Shown here: one piece after another, positions 19,372 to 30,093 of the stretch | Position numbering within the stretch: position 1 is the stretch's first letter | How the letters are laid out: each line of letters begins with the position of its first letter | NCBI GenBank assembly: GCA_040767225.1 | Contig: JAXGOY010000001.1 | Location: 31,128-95,127, forward strand | Source: Candidatus Dojkabacteria bacterium | GTDB taxonomy: Bacteria; Patescibacteriota; Dojkabacteria; SC72 | Reading direction: 5' to 3' | Length of the DNA: 64,000 bases | Position numbers and translations under genes: made by a program | Notes under the pieces: model-generated | Database searches by the model: none | Seen by the model: the letters and a program-made list of their open reading frames with translations, nothing else | What the model was told of the DNA's origin: nothing

Positions 19372-20862
19372 TTATTTACTACCAAACATACCTCCAATAA
19401 GCGGTACTTTTTGCAAGCTCTTTTGTACAGCCTCAAATCCAGCACCAAAACCTTGTTTAGAATCAGGTGGAATGAATGATTCAATAAACTTTGGAGCTTG
19501 AGCAGCGAAGAATAAAACAAAAATCTTTAAGACAAAAATAACAAGACCACCTGCAATATTAGGACCCTCTGCATCGTATCCTTCTGTTTCATATACAAGC
19601 TTTGCTGGTAATCGTAGTTTTGCTGTAGCATCATTTGCTAATAATGCATTTGGTATATTAACTATGAAGAATACAACAGGGAACACCAAAACACTTCTCA
19701 AAACACCTTTCACCCAATTCATAATCGCTTTATTATTCCCAGGTATAGCACCTAATGTAATTTGCAGAGGCCCTAAAATAACTGAGAGTAAAAGCTGAAA
19801 ATATGCTTTAAATAGTGTAATTAATACTTTAATTGCTCCAAATGCTATTATTCCCAATACTATTAAAGCAAAAAATAAACCAAGAGCACCAACAGCTGCA
19901 CCTGTTACCGCCCAACCAATTGGACCAGAAATAAGAGCTCCTAATCCTCCTACACCAGCAAGAATTCCTCCTAAACCAAGTGCACCACCAACTACACTAA
20001 TAATTGTAGCCAACTTAAGTTCTCCAGTAAACACATTAGAGAATAATTTCCCAAATCCAGCTATTGAAGTGGCAGTATCAGAAAGATCAAAAACACTTAC
20101 TATCAAACCTATTATCAATCCACCAAAATCTATAATAAGTCCTGCTATTGCGAAACTAAATGTTGCAACAACTAAAGCAATTATTACATTTGGTAAAACA
20201 TTACCCAATGTAACCATAGCCTGACCTCCTATCTTATGCCTAAACATAATCATAAACCCAGCAATAATCATTACAATAACAAAGAAAAGATATGAAAGGT
20301 TAAGTACATTAGTCCATAATGGCTGTATACCCGCAGCTTTAAGCTCACTATACCCTGACCATGTACCATCCTCAGCATACAGTGCAGTTGTGCTATCTTT
20401 ATACCCTGGAACCCATTGCTGTGCTAAATGATCAGGAACATTCACTAGAGGATAGCTTGCATAAACTGCCATTGAAGCATCATCTATCATCCCTATTACT
20501 CCTCTTCTTAAGTCATATGGAACATTTGCAGCTTCTAGCTTTGCTTTAGTTTCTTCATCCAGAAGGTCCTCTCCACCTAAATAAAGTACACCTGTCCAGA
20601 GCGTTGTTACATTTTGCTGTCCCAAACTTGTTTGAGAGTTATCTTCTGTCTCATCAGCATTATTTACAATATTATGGAATTTTTTCTCACCTTCCCAATC
20701 TGGAGTAATTGTTTGTGGAAGGTCTTCCTGTGCATAAGAATTCAATGTACCAAAAAGCAAAAATATAGTAAGGAAAGACATAAGAGAAACCTTAAAACTT
20801 TTTCTCTCTGTTATCTCCTTCATTTTATTTCCTAAGTTATATATCTTCCTTACATTACTCAT
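19372..20862 (-). CDS. Polytopic membrane protein, VirB6/TrbL-like
   Basis: Signal peptide then several TMs; FVIVMIIAGFMIMFR, LPNVIIALVVATFSFAIAGLIID, LLSVILGPLQITLGAIPG resemble VirB6-like proteins; start may be the later MKEIT. Confidence 0.6.
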   Translation of the reverse strand: MSNVRKIYNLGNKMKEITERKSFKVSLMSFLTIFLLFGTLNSYAQEDLPQTITPDWEGEKKFHNIVNNADETEDNSQTSLGQQNVTTLWTGVLYLGGEDLLDEETKAKLEAANVPYDLRRGVIGMIDDASMAVYASYPLVNVPDHLAQQWVPGYKDSTTALYAEDGTWSGYSELKAAGIQPLWTNVLNLSYLFFVIVMIIAGFMIMFRHKIGGQAMVTLGNVLPNVIIALVVATFSFAIAGLIIDFGGLIIGLIVSVFDLSDTATSIAGFGKLFSNVFTGELKLATIISVVGGALGLGGILAGVGGLGALISGPIGWAVTGAAVGALGLFFALIVLGIIAFGAIKVLITLFKAYFQLLLSVILGPLQITLGAIPGNNKAIMNWVKGVLRSVLVFPVVFFIVNIPNALLANDATAKLRLPAKLVYETEGYDAEGPNIAGGLVIFVLKIFVLFFAAQAPKFIESFIPPDSKQGFGAGFEAVQKSLQKVPLIGGMFGSK

Positions 20863-20889
20863 TTTTGTATATATATAAAAAGTTATTTA

Positions 20890-22182
20890 TTATTGCGACA
20901 ACGGTATAGCTTCTGTTCTCTTCCCCTTTACTTGAGTCTGAAGAAATTCATTATACTCTCCAGGAGTAGGAGTAGATTCTACATTAGGTACATCATCATA
21001 TTTACTAACTTCCAACTCTTTATACAGATGAGACATATCCCATGCACACTTTACTCCAAAATCTCTTCCATCAATTTTAACAGTACAATCAGTTGTGTAA
21101 TATGTCTTACTTGACGAAGTTGTAGATGGAGGCTTTACAGCATTATTTCTTCTGTTCATATATGCATTTGTACATGCACCACTCTCATCACATCCATCAT
21201 CAGGACCAAAAGGAGAAGCCATTATTAATACAATATCTTCAGCATAGACACAACCTTCCTGATTAAAAAGACATTCATTCCATAAATCATCCGCTATACT
21301 CTTAAAATATGAAATAATTCTACGGCTTAATGATATATGGCATCCCTTAAAAGAAGTCTCCCATTCAATAAATACATCATTGTTTTTTTCACAGCTCTCA
21401 ATTGTTCTCTTCTCCTGTTCTTGTAATTTTTTTTCATTAGGATATCTGTATGTATCATACATAAGTTCGGCTCTTCCATTAGACTTTGTAGGAGTCACAT
21501 TTGATTTATTATTATACTCTTCTCCATCACACTCATTAGTAAGTTTTTTATCTACACCAACCTTCCCTTCTTCTGCAACCTGCCTTTCACCACCAGGCTG
21601 GGCTTCTACAGAATAATCTGTTGTAAATGGTTTATCTTCATCAGAAGGTTTATACTCATCAATTTGTTTTTTAGGAGGTAATTGTGAATTTGCAGTAATG
21701 TCATCAATTTGTTCACCTGCTGCTTTATATGTAGGTGTTTCTGTAGTGATTTTCCTATTTGAATCTGCTACCTCCATCCCAGAGAAAAGTTCAAGAGGTA
21801 CTGTAACAGAAACAAGGTATATCTCTGAATCTTTCTCTACTAAAGTCCCTGTCCTTTTACCCCATTTGTAATCTACAGACCCACTACCACTTTGTACACA
21901 AACCGCTTCAGATTCAATATTTACAGCATTCCCACCACATGAGAAAGTCTCACCAAGAACTTTATTCTCTGCCTGCTGTGTGCTTACTTTTACCTCCTCA
22001 GGCTTAGATGTATCAAGACTCTCAGTTTGAACTTGTGTATTTGCTAATGCTTCCTGTGCAGTTACCTCTTTTATCTCTGGCTCTTTTTTAAACTGATTAA
22101 CAACAAACACCATTAATACACACATAAGTGACATGCCCAGAAGCAAGAGAATTGGTTTTATTTTTTCAATAACCTTTTTCAT
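20890..22182 (-). CDS. Membrane-anchored Cys-rich extracellular protein
   Basis: N-terminal TM, low-complexity linker, about 11 Cys in the exported part. Confidence 0.7.
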   Translation of the reverse strand: MKKVIEKIKPILLLLGMSLMCVLMVFVVNQFKKEPEIKEVTAQEALANTQVQTESLDTSKPEEVKVSTQQAENKVLGETFSCGGNAVNIESEAVCVQSGSGSVDYKWGKRTGTLVEKDSEIYLVSVTVPLELFSGMEVADSNRKITTETPTYKAAGEQIDDITANSQLPPKKQIDEYKPSDEDKPFTTDYSVEAQPGGERQVAEEGKVGVDKKLTNECDGEEYNNKSNVTPTKSNGRAELMYDTYRYPNEKKLQEQEKRTIESCEKNNDVFIEWETSFKGCHISLSRRIISYFKSIADDLWNECLFNQEGCVYAEDIVLIMASPFGPDDGCDESGACTNAYMNRRNNAVKPPSTTSSSKTYYTTDCTVKIDGRDFGVKCAWDMSHLYKELEVSKYDDVPNVESTPTPGEYNEFLQTQVKGKRTEAIPLSQ

Positions 22183-22185
22183 CCT

Positions 22186-23790
22186 TTATTCTAATCCTAC
22201 TATACCATAATTAGGAAGTAAATCTACTTTAGAACCAGTTGTTCCGCTAAGAGCACTAACATCTAATTGTATTTCATCCTGTGCGATATTAAAATCAAAC
22301 TTTTTATCCATTGCTCCCAGAAAACTCCCCTGCAATATGTCATCATCTGAAAAGAGAAAGTAAGAAGAACCATCTGAACTTCTTGCATCTCCGACTACTA
22401 ATGTCCAAGAACCCTGAGCATCCGGAAGAGTAGCAAGATATCCTGAACTTCCTGATGTTCCTTTGCTATCATTATCAATTATTTTAAATATAACAACCCA
22501 ATCAGAAGGATCTGGAGCATTTAAAACTTTACCAGTTCTCATATCAAATGCAGGAGCAGTAGATAATGTAGGCAATGTTGCAACGGAATATTTACTTCCC
22601 CCTTTATCATACACCTTACTCCCAGAGTGTATTTCAAAATAATATGTTGTATTAGGTGATAATCTGTCGCTACTAATATAATGAGAATAATATTTACCTT
22701 TACTAGTAAGAGTATCTCTTGAATCAATCATCTCACTATCTAATCCTGTTTTACTTGTACCATATTTTACATACCCTTCTTCTTTTTCACTTGATCTCCA
22801 TGCAACAACAAAGCTAGTGTCTGTAAGATTAGCAATAACTACACTATCCTGACCTGTTGTAAAAGTGAAACTGCCACTCATACTAGTAGACAAATCATTC
22901 CAAGGGACATCATTTCTTACAATATATACTTCCTCTAAAGGAGTCTCAATTGGATTTGTTGGTTCTGGATTTGGTTCTGGTTCTGGCTCTGGAGGAATTG
23001 GCTCTGCATAAATTGTTTCTCCAAGTAAAACTTCTTTTGGGAAATATGAGATAATTTCCGCTTTGTCTACTGTTTCAATTATTAAATCATTTTTAAGCTG
23101 TCCACTTTTATCAAATAAAGTAGAATAGCTACCTTTTAATACTGCACCTTCGTCTACATCATTTCTTGCTATAACAACAAGGTTAGTATTATCTGTTACT
23201 GGCAAAGAGGTTCCATCCTTTATACTTCTTAAAAGAGAAAGCTCAACAGTCCAATTACCACTCTGGGGAAGATCCACAGATACAGGGTAGCTACTTTTAT
23301 CCTCTAATGTAATATACACAACTGTATCTTTAATATTACTTCCAGCAACAGTACCCAATGCATATGAGGGAACAGGTGTATCTTCCATTACTGAAGCTGT
23401 TGTAAATTCATAAGGACCAGAGCTTCCCTTTGTATATTTCTCCTCATCTGAAACTATGACGAATGAGTATTTTGTTGAAGGTTCTAAGCCCTTTACTTCA
23501 ACATAATGGATTTTCCTTTTTCCATCACCTCTTTTATCAAGCATAGGATTTTGCTCTGTACCGTTGAGCACAGGAATAACATAGCCATTTACAGATTTGT
23601 CTGTAATCCAGCTAATCGTCAAAGAATTCGACCCAACATTAGAAACAACAATGTCATGGGGTGTAGGATCCTCTCCAGCTCTTGATATTAATTGTATCCC
23701 TTTATACACAGCAAAAACTGTTAAAGGAACACCCACTATCAAAATCAATACATATTTAAGCTGTCTTTGCTGATGAGGAGTTAATTTCAT
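22186..23790 (-). CDS. Membrane-anchored protein with two FN3/purple-acid-phosphatase-N-like modules
   Basis: Two related modules (SLTISWITD...HYVEVKGLEPSTKYSF; SFVVAWRS...LSPNTTYYFEIHS) separated by a PEPEPEPNPEP linker. Confidence 0.75.
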   Translation of the reverse strand: MKLTPHQQRQLKYVLILIVGVPLTVFAVYKGIQLISRAGEDPTPHDIVVSNVGSNSLTISWITDKSVNGYVIPVLNGTEQNPMLDKRGDGKRKIHYVEVKGLEPSTKYSFVIVSDEEKYTKGSSGPYEFTTASVMEDTPVPSYALGTVAGSNIKDTVVYITLEDKSSYPVSVDLPQSGNWTVELSLLRSIKDGTSLPVTDNTNLVVIARNDVDEGAVLKGSYSTLFDKSGQLKNDLIIETVDKAEIISYFPKEVLLGETIYAEPIPPEPEPEPNPEPTNPIETPLEEVYIVRNDVPWNDLSTSMSGSFTFTTGQDSVVIANLTDTSFVVAWRSSEKEEGYVKYGTSKTGLDSEMIDSRDTLTSKGKYYSHYISSDRLSPNTTYYFEIHSGSKVYDKGGSKYSVATLPTLSTAPAFDMRTGKVLNAPDPSDWVVIFKIIDNDSKGTSGSSGYLATLPDAQGSWTLVVGDARSSDGSSYFLFSDDDILQGSFLGAMDKKFDFNIAQDEIQLDVSALSGTTGSKVDLLPNYGIVGLE

Positions 23791-23821
23791 TTCATAATGA
23801 TACTAAGAAACAATGATAATA

Positions 23822-24121
23822 TCAATCATTTTTATCTTCTTCTCCTGATTTAAACCCCTCTACAATTCCAGATATTACACTTGCAACTGCGGAAATCCCA
23901 TGCAATGCACCTGTGATTTGTAACACAGGAGTCTTAACGGTATCAATAATCCGATTAACTTCAGAAACAATATTATTAATATCCTCTACAGCTTTGTTCA
24001 CCCCTTTTATAGAATCTCTAGACTCTTTAAGAAGCATTGCTAATTGATACAAAACATAACATACAAAAACTACTAATATTCCAACAATTAGCATCCAAAA
24101 TATAGCAGGTATTTCTTCCAT
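23822..24121 (-). CDS. Small membrane protein, DUF948-like
   Basis: N-terminal TM followed by an amphipathic coiled coil; TGA stop. Confidence 0.6.
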   Translation of the reverse strand: MEEIPAIFWMLIVGILVVFVCYVLYQLAMLLKESRDSIKGVNKAVEDINNIVSEVNRIIDTVKTPVLQITGALHGISAVASVISGIVEGFKSGEEDKND

Positions 24122-24204
24122 CTTTTTATCTCTTAAATTTAAAATATATTACAATTATCGTTATTTTTAATGGTATATGTCAAGTTAAATGATATAATTA
24201 CAGA

Positions 24205-24933
24205 ATGAATAGATTCTTTATAAAACATAAATTAAGTATAGGTGATGTAACACATCTCTCTGATTCGGACAGCGAATTTGTAATAAATAACCTTAAACTA
24301 AAACCAGAAAACTTCATAGAAGTTGAAACATATGAATCAATATTTCTAGGAGTAATCACTGATACATCCAATAACTCTGTTGAGGTTGAAATTATTAATA
24401 AGATTGAAGATAAAAAGAGTAAAAACATATTTGATGTAACAGTTATTCAATCATTAATAGGTAGAGAAAGAATGAATTTTGTTATTGAGAAGGCTGTAGA
24501 GATTGGAATAGATAGAATAATCCCAGTAGAATCACAGTATTCAAATATAAAAAGAAGTAAGGCAGTTAAAGAGTATGGACTATGGAAAAAAATCATTGAA
24601 GATGCTATTGAACAGTCAAGAAATATTAAACCTACGATAATTGAAAAACCTATTAAATTAGAAGATCTTAAGATTGATAATCATGTAAACAAGATATGTC
24701 TATCTACAGAGAATACTGATAGTATAAGTTTAAGAGAATACCTAAAAGGTATAAATATTAAACGACCCATTCTCTTTGCAGTTGGACCCGAAAAGGGCTG
24801 GGGAAGTAAGGATATCGAATTTTTTAAGGAGAATAATTTTAAATTTATTAAGCTTGAGGGAAATATACTAAGATCTGAAAGTACAGGCTTGGTTGTTGGA
24901 AGTATAATTGAGTATTTGAAAGGGAATATATAA
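24205..24933 (+). CDS. rsmE: 16S rRNA m3U1498 methyltransferase
   Basis: IEKAVEIG, AIEQS, VGPEKG, ILRSEST SPOUT motifs. Confidence 0.9.
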   Translation: MNRFFIKHKLSIGDVTHLSDSDSEFVINNLKLKPENFIEVETYESIFLGVITDTSNNSVEVEIINKIEDKKSKNIFDVTVIQSLIGRERMNFVIEKAVEIGIDRIIPVESQYSNIKRSKAVKEYGLWKKIIEDAIEQSRNIKPTIIEKPIKLEDLKIDNHVNKICLSTENTDSISLREYLKGINIKRPILFAVGPEKGWGSKDIEFFKENNFKFIKLEGNILRSESTGLVVGSIIEYLKGNI

Positions 24934-25955
24934 TGAGAAAAACTTTAAGAAGCAGTTACAAAAAATCCAGAGAAAGATATCAGAGAAGATCTCCTAAATA
25001 TTACACAAAAGAGGATATTTTCATTTCAAGAATGGCTAGTATTTTGATGGTTCCAAGACACAGAATAATTAGTATGTTTAGTCAAAGAGCAAAAACAACA
25101 ATTCGTTTAAACGGGCTAAAGGGTGCTCCAAAAGAAACATATAAAATGCTTAAATCAAGAGGATATATACTTACTCCAATACCTTGGGCTAACAATGTAT
25201 ATTTTGTAGAGAATAGGGATAAGGCAGAAATATCTCAAATTGAAGAATACAGAAATGGCCTTTTCTACATACAAGATTTATCAAGTATTCTTGCAACTCT
25301 AATATTAAATCCTCAAGAACAAGAAAATATCTTAGATATGTGTGCTGCTCCTGGTAGTAAAACAACACATATTGCAGATATTACAAATAATAAAGCAAAA
25401 ATATTGGCTAATGATTCAGAGGTTAGTCGTACTAACTCTCTGAGAAATGTAGTTGAACAGTTTGGTGCAAGTAATGTAAAAATAACATTAAGTGATGGAA
25501 GAGACTTTGGCAGGAAGTATCCTGAATATTTCGATAGGGTTTTGCTTGATGCTCCATGCAGTGGAGAGGGAAGAGTATATATGAATAGTTCTAATCCTCT
25601 TAGATTTTGGAGTATAAAAAAGGTTAAAAGCAGTACATATATTCAAAAAGAGCTAATAGATTCTGCTTTTAAGACATTAAAAACTAATGGGACACTTGTA
25701 TATTCAACATGTACACTTGAACCTGATGAGAATGAAGGAGTTATTACATATCTTTTAGAAAAGTTTAAGAATGCTAAGCTTGAAGATATTGATATTGTAA
25801 ATTCAAAAGAGTTTGAAGATCACAAAAAGCATATTGCAAGCGGAATTACACATTGGAGTGGAAATCAATACAACACACTAGTAAAGAAGTGTATAAGGAT
25901 AATTCCATCATCTGAAATGATGGGGTTCTTTATTGCAAAGATTAAAAAAGTATAA
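24933..25955 (+). CDS. RsmB/RsmF (NOL1/NOP2) RNA m5C methyltransferase
   Basis: YIQDLSS, LDMCAAPGSKT, LLDAPCSGEG, VYSTCT, GFFIA. Confidence 0.9.
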   Translation: MRKTLRSSYKKSRERYQRRSPKYYTKEDIFISRMASILMVPRHRIISMFSQRAKTTIRLNGLKGAPKETYKMLKSRGYILTPIPWANNVYFVENRDKAEISQIEEYRNGLFYIQDLSSILATLILNPQEQENILDMCAAPGSKTTHIADITNNKAKILANDSEVSRTNSLRNVVEQFGASNVKITLSDGRDFGRKYPEYFDRVLLDAPCSGEGRVYMNSSNPLRFWSIKKVKSSTYIQKELIDSAFKTLKTNGTLVYSTCTLEPDENEGVITYLLEKFKNAKLEDIDIVNSKEFEDHKKHIASGITHWSGNQYNTLVKKCIRIIPSSEMMGFFIAKIKKV

Positions 25956-25956
25956 A

Positions 25957-28053
25957 CTACTTTTCTTCGCCATTCCCTTCCTTGGCCTGTTTAATACTTA
26001 ATCTCAACTTACCATCTCTTTCTTTAGAGATAAGCTTTACTTTAACTTCATCTCCTTCCTTTAAGTATTTCTTTACATCTTTTACATATTCATCAGTAAT
26101 CTCTGAAACATGAACTAATCCTGAAAGACCTGGAGCTATTTCAACAAATGCACCATATTCCATCAGTCCTACAACTTTTCCATCATATATTTCTCCAACA
26201 GTAGGAACAAGTCCAAGTTTTTTTACATAACTGAGTGCTTCATCAATAGATTTCTGATTCATAGAATATATATTTACAGATCCATCTTCTTCTACACTAA
26301 CCTCTGCACCTGTTTTCTCTGTTAACTCTCTAATATTTTTCCCACCTGGACCTATGAGTTCTCCAATTTTATCTACTGGAATGGAAGCTCTCGCAACTTT
26401 AGGTGCATATTTTGATATTTCTGCTTTTGGTTCAGATATGGCTTTTCTCATTACCTCTAAAATCTTTAATCTTGCTTCTTTAGATTTCTTAAATGTTTCT
26501 CTTACTATATCCATACTTAATCCTCTCATTTTTGTATCCATTTGTACTGCTGTAACTCCATCTGCTGTACCAGTAATTTTAAAATCCATATCTCCATAAA
26601 AGTCTTCAACATCTCGCATATCTACTAACACATGGAAACTACCATCTTCATTAGTTACAAGACCACATGCGACACCTCCAACCATCTTTCTAATAGGAAC
26701 ACCTGCAGACATTAATGCAAGTGTTGAACCACATGCTGATGCCATAGAAGAAGAACCGTTTTCTCCTTGTACCTCTGACATAACAAGAATTGTATATGGA
26801 AATTCATCAACAGAGGGAACTACAGGAATTAGAGCTTTTTCTGCCAACATCCCATGTCCTATTGCTCTTCTGCTTGGAGCAAGTTTTACTCTTTCAGCCT
26901 CACCATATGCAAAAGGAAGATCATTGTAATAGTGCATGTATCTTTTTTCTTTTTCACCAAGCATATCATCAATGAGTTTAGCATCCTCTAATGTTCCAAG
27001 TGTAGCAACAGATAACACCTGAGTTATACCTCTAGTAAATAATCCTGAACCATGAACTCTTGGGAGTAAATCTACCTCTGCCTCCATTTCTCTAATTTCA
27101 TCAAATCCTCTCCCATCAACTCTCTTCTTCTCCTCATTTATATACTTCCTCATTGCCTGCTTTTGAAGTAAATCATATCCTTCACTTAACTGAAGTTTAG
27201 AGTATTTACCTTCAAACTTCTTAAAAATTTCCTCTTTTGCAGCTTCATGGACACTCTTATCACTTTTTAAAAGATTATCTAATACCCTATCTCCTAGAAA
27301 TTCAGAAAGCTCTTTTACCATTGTTTCATCAGGCTGAAACGATGTATATGTTTTATCTTTTTTGTCTAGAAGTTTTACAAATTCATTTTGAGCATCTACC
27401 CATTTTTTCATTTCTTCAAGACCAGTTTCCATAGCTTTAAATACTTCACTCTCCTCAACCTCAAAACAACCTGCATCAATCATAGTAAACTCTTTACCAT
27501 CACCACCAAGAACATAGTTAAGCTGATTTTGTTTATCAACATCCTCCATATTCCTATATATATCCTTCATAACACCATCTTCCATACCAATCCTTACACC
27601 AGCAACAGGACCATCAAAAGGTGCTTTTGAATTAAGCAGTGCCACAGAAGCAGCATTAATTGCCAGTATCACAGGATCATTCTCTTCATCATATGACATA
27701 ACAGTAACAATGAGACTTAATTCGTCTCTGTAATCATGAGGGAACCTGCAACGAAGTGCTCTATCAATCATTCTTGCCTTAAGCACAGCATCATCACTAG
27801 GAAATCTCTCTATTTTAACAAATCTAGATCCACTAATTTTTCCAGAAGCATAAAACCTCTCAATATATTCAACAGACATAGGGAAAAAATCACTATCAGG
27901 GTTTGCAGGTGCTGTATTAACATTAACCTCCACTACTGTATCTCCCATTCTTGCAATAATTGCACTTTGAGATTTTAAAGCAAGTTTCCCAGTTTCAAAT
28001 GAACATTTTCTTCCATCTATTTCAAATTCATAAATCTTAGGATTAAATAGCAT
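25957..28053 (-). CDS. pnp: Polyribonucleotide nucleotidyltransferase
   Basis: FETGKLA, RVDGR, HGSGLFTRG, NGSSSMAS, GDMDFK; KH (IGPGGK) and S1 domains. Confidence 0.97.
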   Translation of the reverse strand: MLFNPKIYEFEIDGRKCSFETGKLALKSQSAIIARMGDTVVEVNVNTAPANPDSDFFPMSVEYIERFYASGKISGSRFVKIERFPSDDAVLKARMIDRALRCRFPHDYRDELSLIVTVMSYDEENDPVILAINAASVALLNSKAPFDGPVAGVRIGMEDGVMKDIYRNMEDVDKQNQLNYVLGGDGKEFTMIDAGCFEVEESEVFKAMETGLEEMKKWVDAQNEFVKLLDKKDKTYTSFQPDETMVKELSEFLGDRVLDNLLKSDKSVHEAAKEEIFKKFEGKYSKLQLSEGYDLLQKQAMRKYINEEKKRVDGRGFDEIREMEAEVDLLPRVHGSGLFTRGITQVLSVATLGTLEDAKLIDDMLGEKEKRYMHYYNDLPFAYGEAERVKLAPSRRAIGHGMLAEKALIPVVPSVDEFPYTILVMSEVQGENGSSSMASACGSTLALMSAGVPIRKMVGGVACGLVTNEDGSFHVLVDMRDVEDFYGDMDFKITGTADGVTAVQMDTKMRGLSMDIVRETFKKSKEARLKILEVMRKAISEPKAEISKYAPKVARASIPVDKIGELIGPGGKNIRELTEKTGAEVSVEEDGSVNIYSMNQKSIDEALSYVKKLGLVPTVGEIYDGKVVGLMEYGAFVEIAPGLSGLVHVSEITDEYVKDVKKYLKEGDEVKVKLISKERDGKLRLSIKQAKEGNGEEK

Positions 28054-28144
28054 AAATATATATTATTAAATATTAAATATCAGAAATATAACTGTGTAGT
28101 TATATCAAGATAGCAGGAAAAAAGAAAGACCTAAAATATTCTCT

Positions 28145-28408
28145 TTATATCTTTAACTTCTTAGAAAAGATAGCATATCTCTCTGGTTCATTTTCTGAAA
28201 GATACTCTATTAACCTTCTTCTCTTTCCAACCTTTTGCAACAGACCTCTTCTTGAATGATTATCCTTTTTATGAACTTTAAGATGCTCGCTTAATCTCTG
28301 AATTTCTTCTGTTAGTATAGCAATTTGGACTTCTGGAGAACCCGTATCACCTTCGTGAAGTGCAAATTTATTGATTATCTTTTGTTTTTCATCTTTAGAT
28401 AGTGCCAT
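28145..28408 (-). CDS. rpsO: 30S ribosomal protein S15
   Basis: [24 protein letters not shown]. Confidence 0.98.
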   Translation of the reverse strand: MALSKDEKQKIINKFALHEGDTGSPEVQIAILTEEIQRLSEHLKVHKKDNHSRRGLLQKVGKRRRLIEYLSENEPERYAIFSKKLKI

Positions 28409-28467
28409 GTATTCTAGATTATCATTATATATTTATTTTGACAATAGGCAGATACAATATATACCCT

Positions 28468-28496
28468 ATTGTATATTATTATAGGTTTAATGTCAA
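28468..28496 (-). promoter_or_regulatory. Putative rpsO-pnp promoter
   Basis: TTGACA-17 nt-TACAAT on the minus strand. Confidence 0.7.
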
Positions 28497-28503
28497 TTAT
28501 TCA

Positions 28504-30063
28504 CTACTTAGAAAGCTTGTAACAATACACCTCATCACCTTCCATACAATCGATGTCGGTATCTAGTATAACTCCACAATCTTCCCCCTGTTTTGCTTCA
28601 TTCACTTTTTCTTTCCCTATTCTAACAGATTGTATTCTTCCTTCACCAATAATTTCATCATTTCGGACAACATAACATTTACAGTCCCTTTTTAATATCC
28701 CTTCCTTAACTCTGCATCCTAAAACTTTTGAACCATCTGAAAGTATAAACATCATCTTTACAACTCCGTTACCTATTTCCTCTTCAACTTGCTTTGGTGT
28801 TGAAAGCATATCTAATGCATCTTCAACCTCTTCAAGAAGCTTGTATATTATTTGATATGTTCTTACAAGAACACCATTCTTTTTTGCAAACTCTTCAGTG
28901 CTTTTGTCCATTCCCACATCAAAACCAAGTACTATTGCCTTAGAGAGTTTGGCCATTTCAATATCTTTATTTGATATATCCCCAACACCATCAGATACAA
29001 TATTAACTTTGTATTCATCTTTTTTTATCTTTTCTAATGAATGCCTAAGAGCTTCAAGAGACCCTTGTGAAGAACACTTAATTACAACATTTAGTTGTGT
29101 ATCTTTATTATCTTGCTGATCATCAAAAATTGAATTGAATATATCATCTTCTGTAATAGCAGTCTCACTTTCTATATTTTTTGATTTAAGCAATGGTTCA
29201 ATTAACTTAGGCTGATTTTCTTCAAGAATATATACTTCAGAACCAACAGGTATTAAATTAGAAATACCAATGATTTTTCCTCCACAACCGCACTGTAAAT
29301 CACAAATATTTTCCCCATCCTCTGAAATAACCCCTTTTATTCTTTCAACAATAACTTTTCCATCTTTAGAGTATCCAAGCCAAGAGCCCTTACATAGATT
29401 ACCAGTTACCAGTACAATTGAAGATATATTCCCCCTAGTCTTATCTCTTACAGACTCCAATACAAATGCTTTTGCCACAACACCCTTAGGCAGTTCTCCT
29501 CTATCTTGTAGACCTTCCACTTCAGCTACAAGAGTAATTAAATCTAAAAGTTCAGAAATTCCTTTCCCAGTCTTTCCAGATACTTCTACAACAGGAATAT
29601 CTCCACCCATACCTTCAAGTAAAAGTCCTTCATTGACAATATCTCTTTTTACCTTTGCTATATCAACATCAGGTAGATCTACCTTATTGATGACAACTAT
29701 TGGTTTAGCAGATGAATGTTTAATTATATCTATAGACTCAACTGTTTGAGGTTTTACCCCATCATTTGCAGCTACAACTAAAAGAACAATATCTGCAATA
29801 CTACCACCTCTAACTCTCATTAAATCAAATGCTTCATGACCAGGAGTATCTATAAAGGTAATTCTTTTAGAAGGATCATTATCTATTGCAACAGTAAATA
29901 CAGAAATCTTTTGAGTTATACCACCTGCTTCACAGCTTTGTACATTTGTCTTCCTTATATAATCAAGTATTGTAGTTTTTCCATGGTCAACATGACCCAA
30001 TATTGCAACAATTGGGATTCTGCTTTGAACACTTCTTTTATCTTTATCCGTTCTTTTAACCAT
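28504..30063 (-). CDS. infB: Translation initiation factor IF-2 (short, no N-terminal domain)
   Basis: GHVDHGKTT, EAGGITQ, DTPGHEAF, NKVD, SQGSLEA, IIYKLLE. Confidence 0.95.
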   Translation of the reverse strand: MVKRTDKDKRSVQSRIPIVAILGHVDHGKTTILDYIRKTNVQSCEAGGITQKISVFTVAIDNDPSKRITFIDTPGHEAFDLMRVRGGSIADIVLLVVAANDGVKPQTVESIDIIKHSSAKPIVVINKVDLPDVDIAKVKRDIVNEGLLLEGMGGDIPVVEVSGKTGKGISELLDLITLVAEVEGLQDRGELPKGVVAKAFVLESVRDKTRGNISSIVLVTGNLCKGSWLGYSKDGKVIVERIKGVISEDGENICDLQCGCGGKIIGISNLIPVGSEVYILEENQPKLIEPLLKSKNIESETAITEDDIFNSIFDDQQDNKDTQLNVVIKCSSQGSLEALRHSLEKIKKDEYKVNIVSDGVGDISNKDIEMAKLSKAIVLGFDVGMDKSTEEFAKKNGVLVRTYQIIYKLLEEVEDALDMLSTPKQVEEEIGNGVVKMMFILSDGSKVLGCRVKEGILKRDCKCYVVRNDEIIGEGRIQSVRIGKEKVNEAKQGEDCGVILDTDIDCMEGDEVYCYKLSK

Positions 30064-30093
30064 TTTAAACTACAGTTTCTCATTTTAAAATTC

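Noticed and set aside
22960-23005. PEPEPEPNPEP short tandem repeat
   Set aside because: Ordinary proline-rich interdomain linker.
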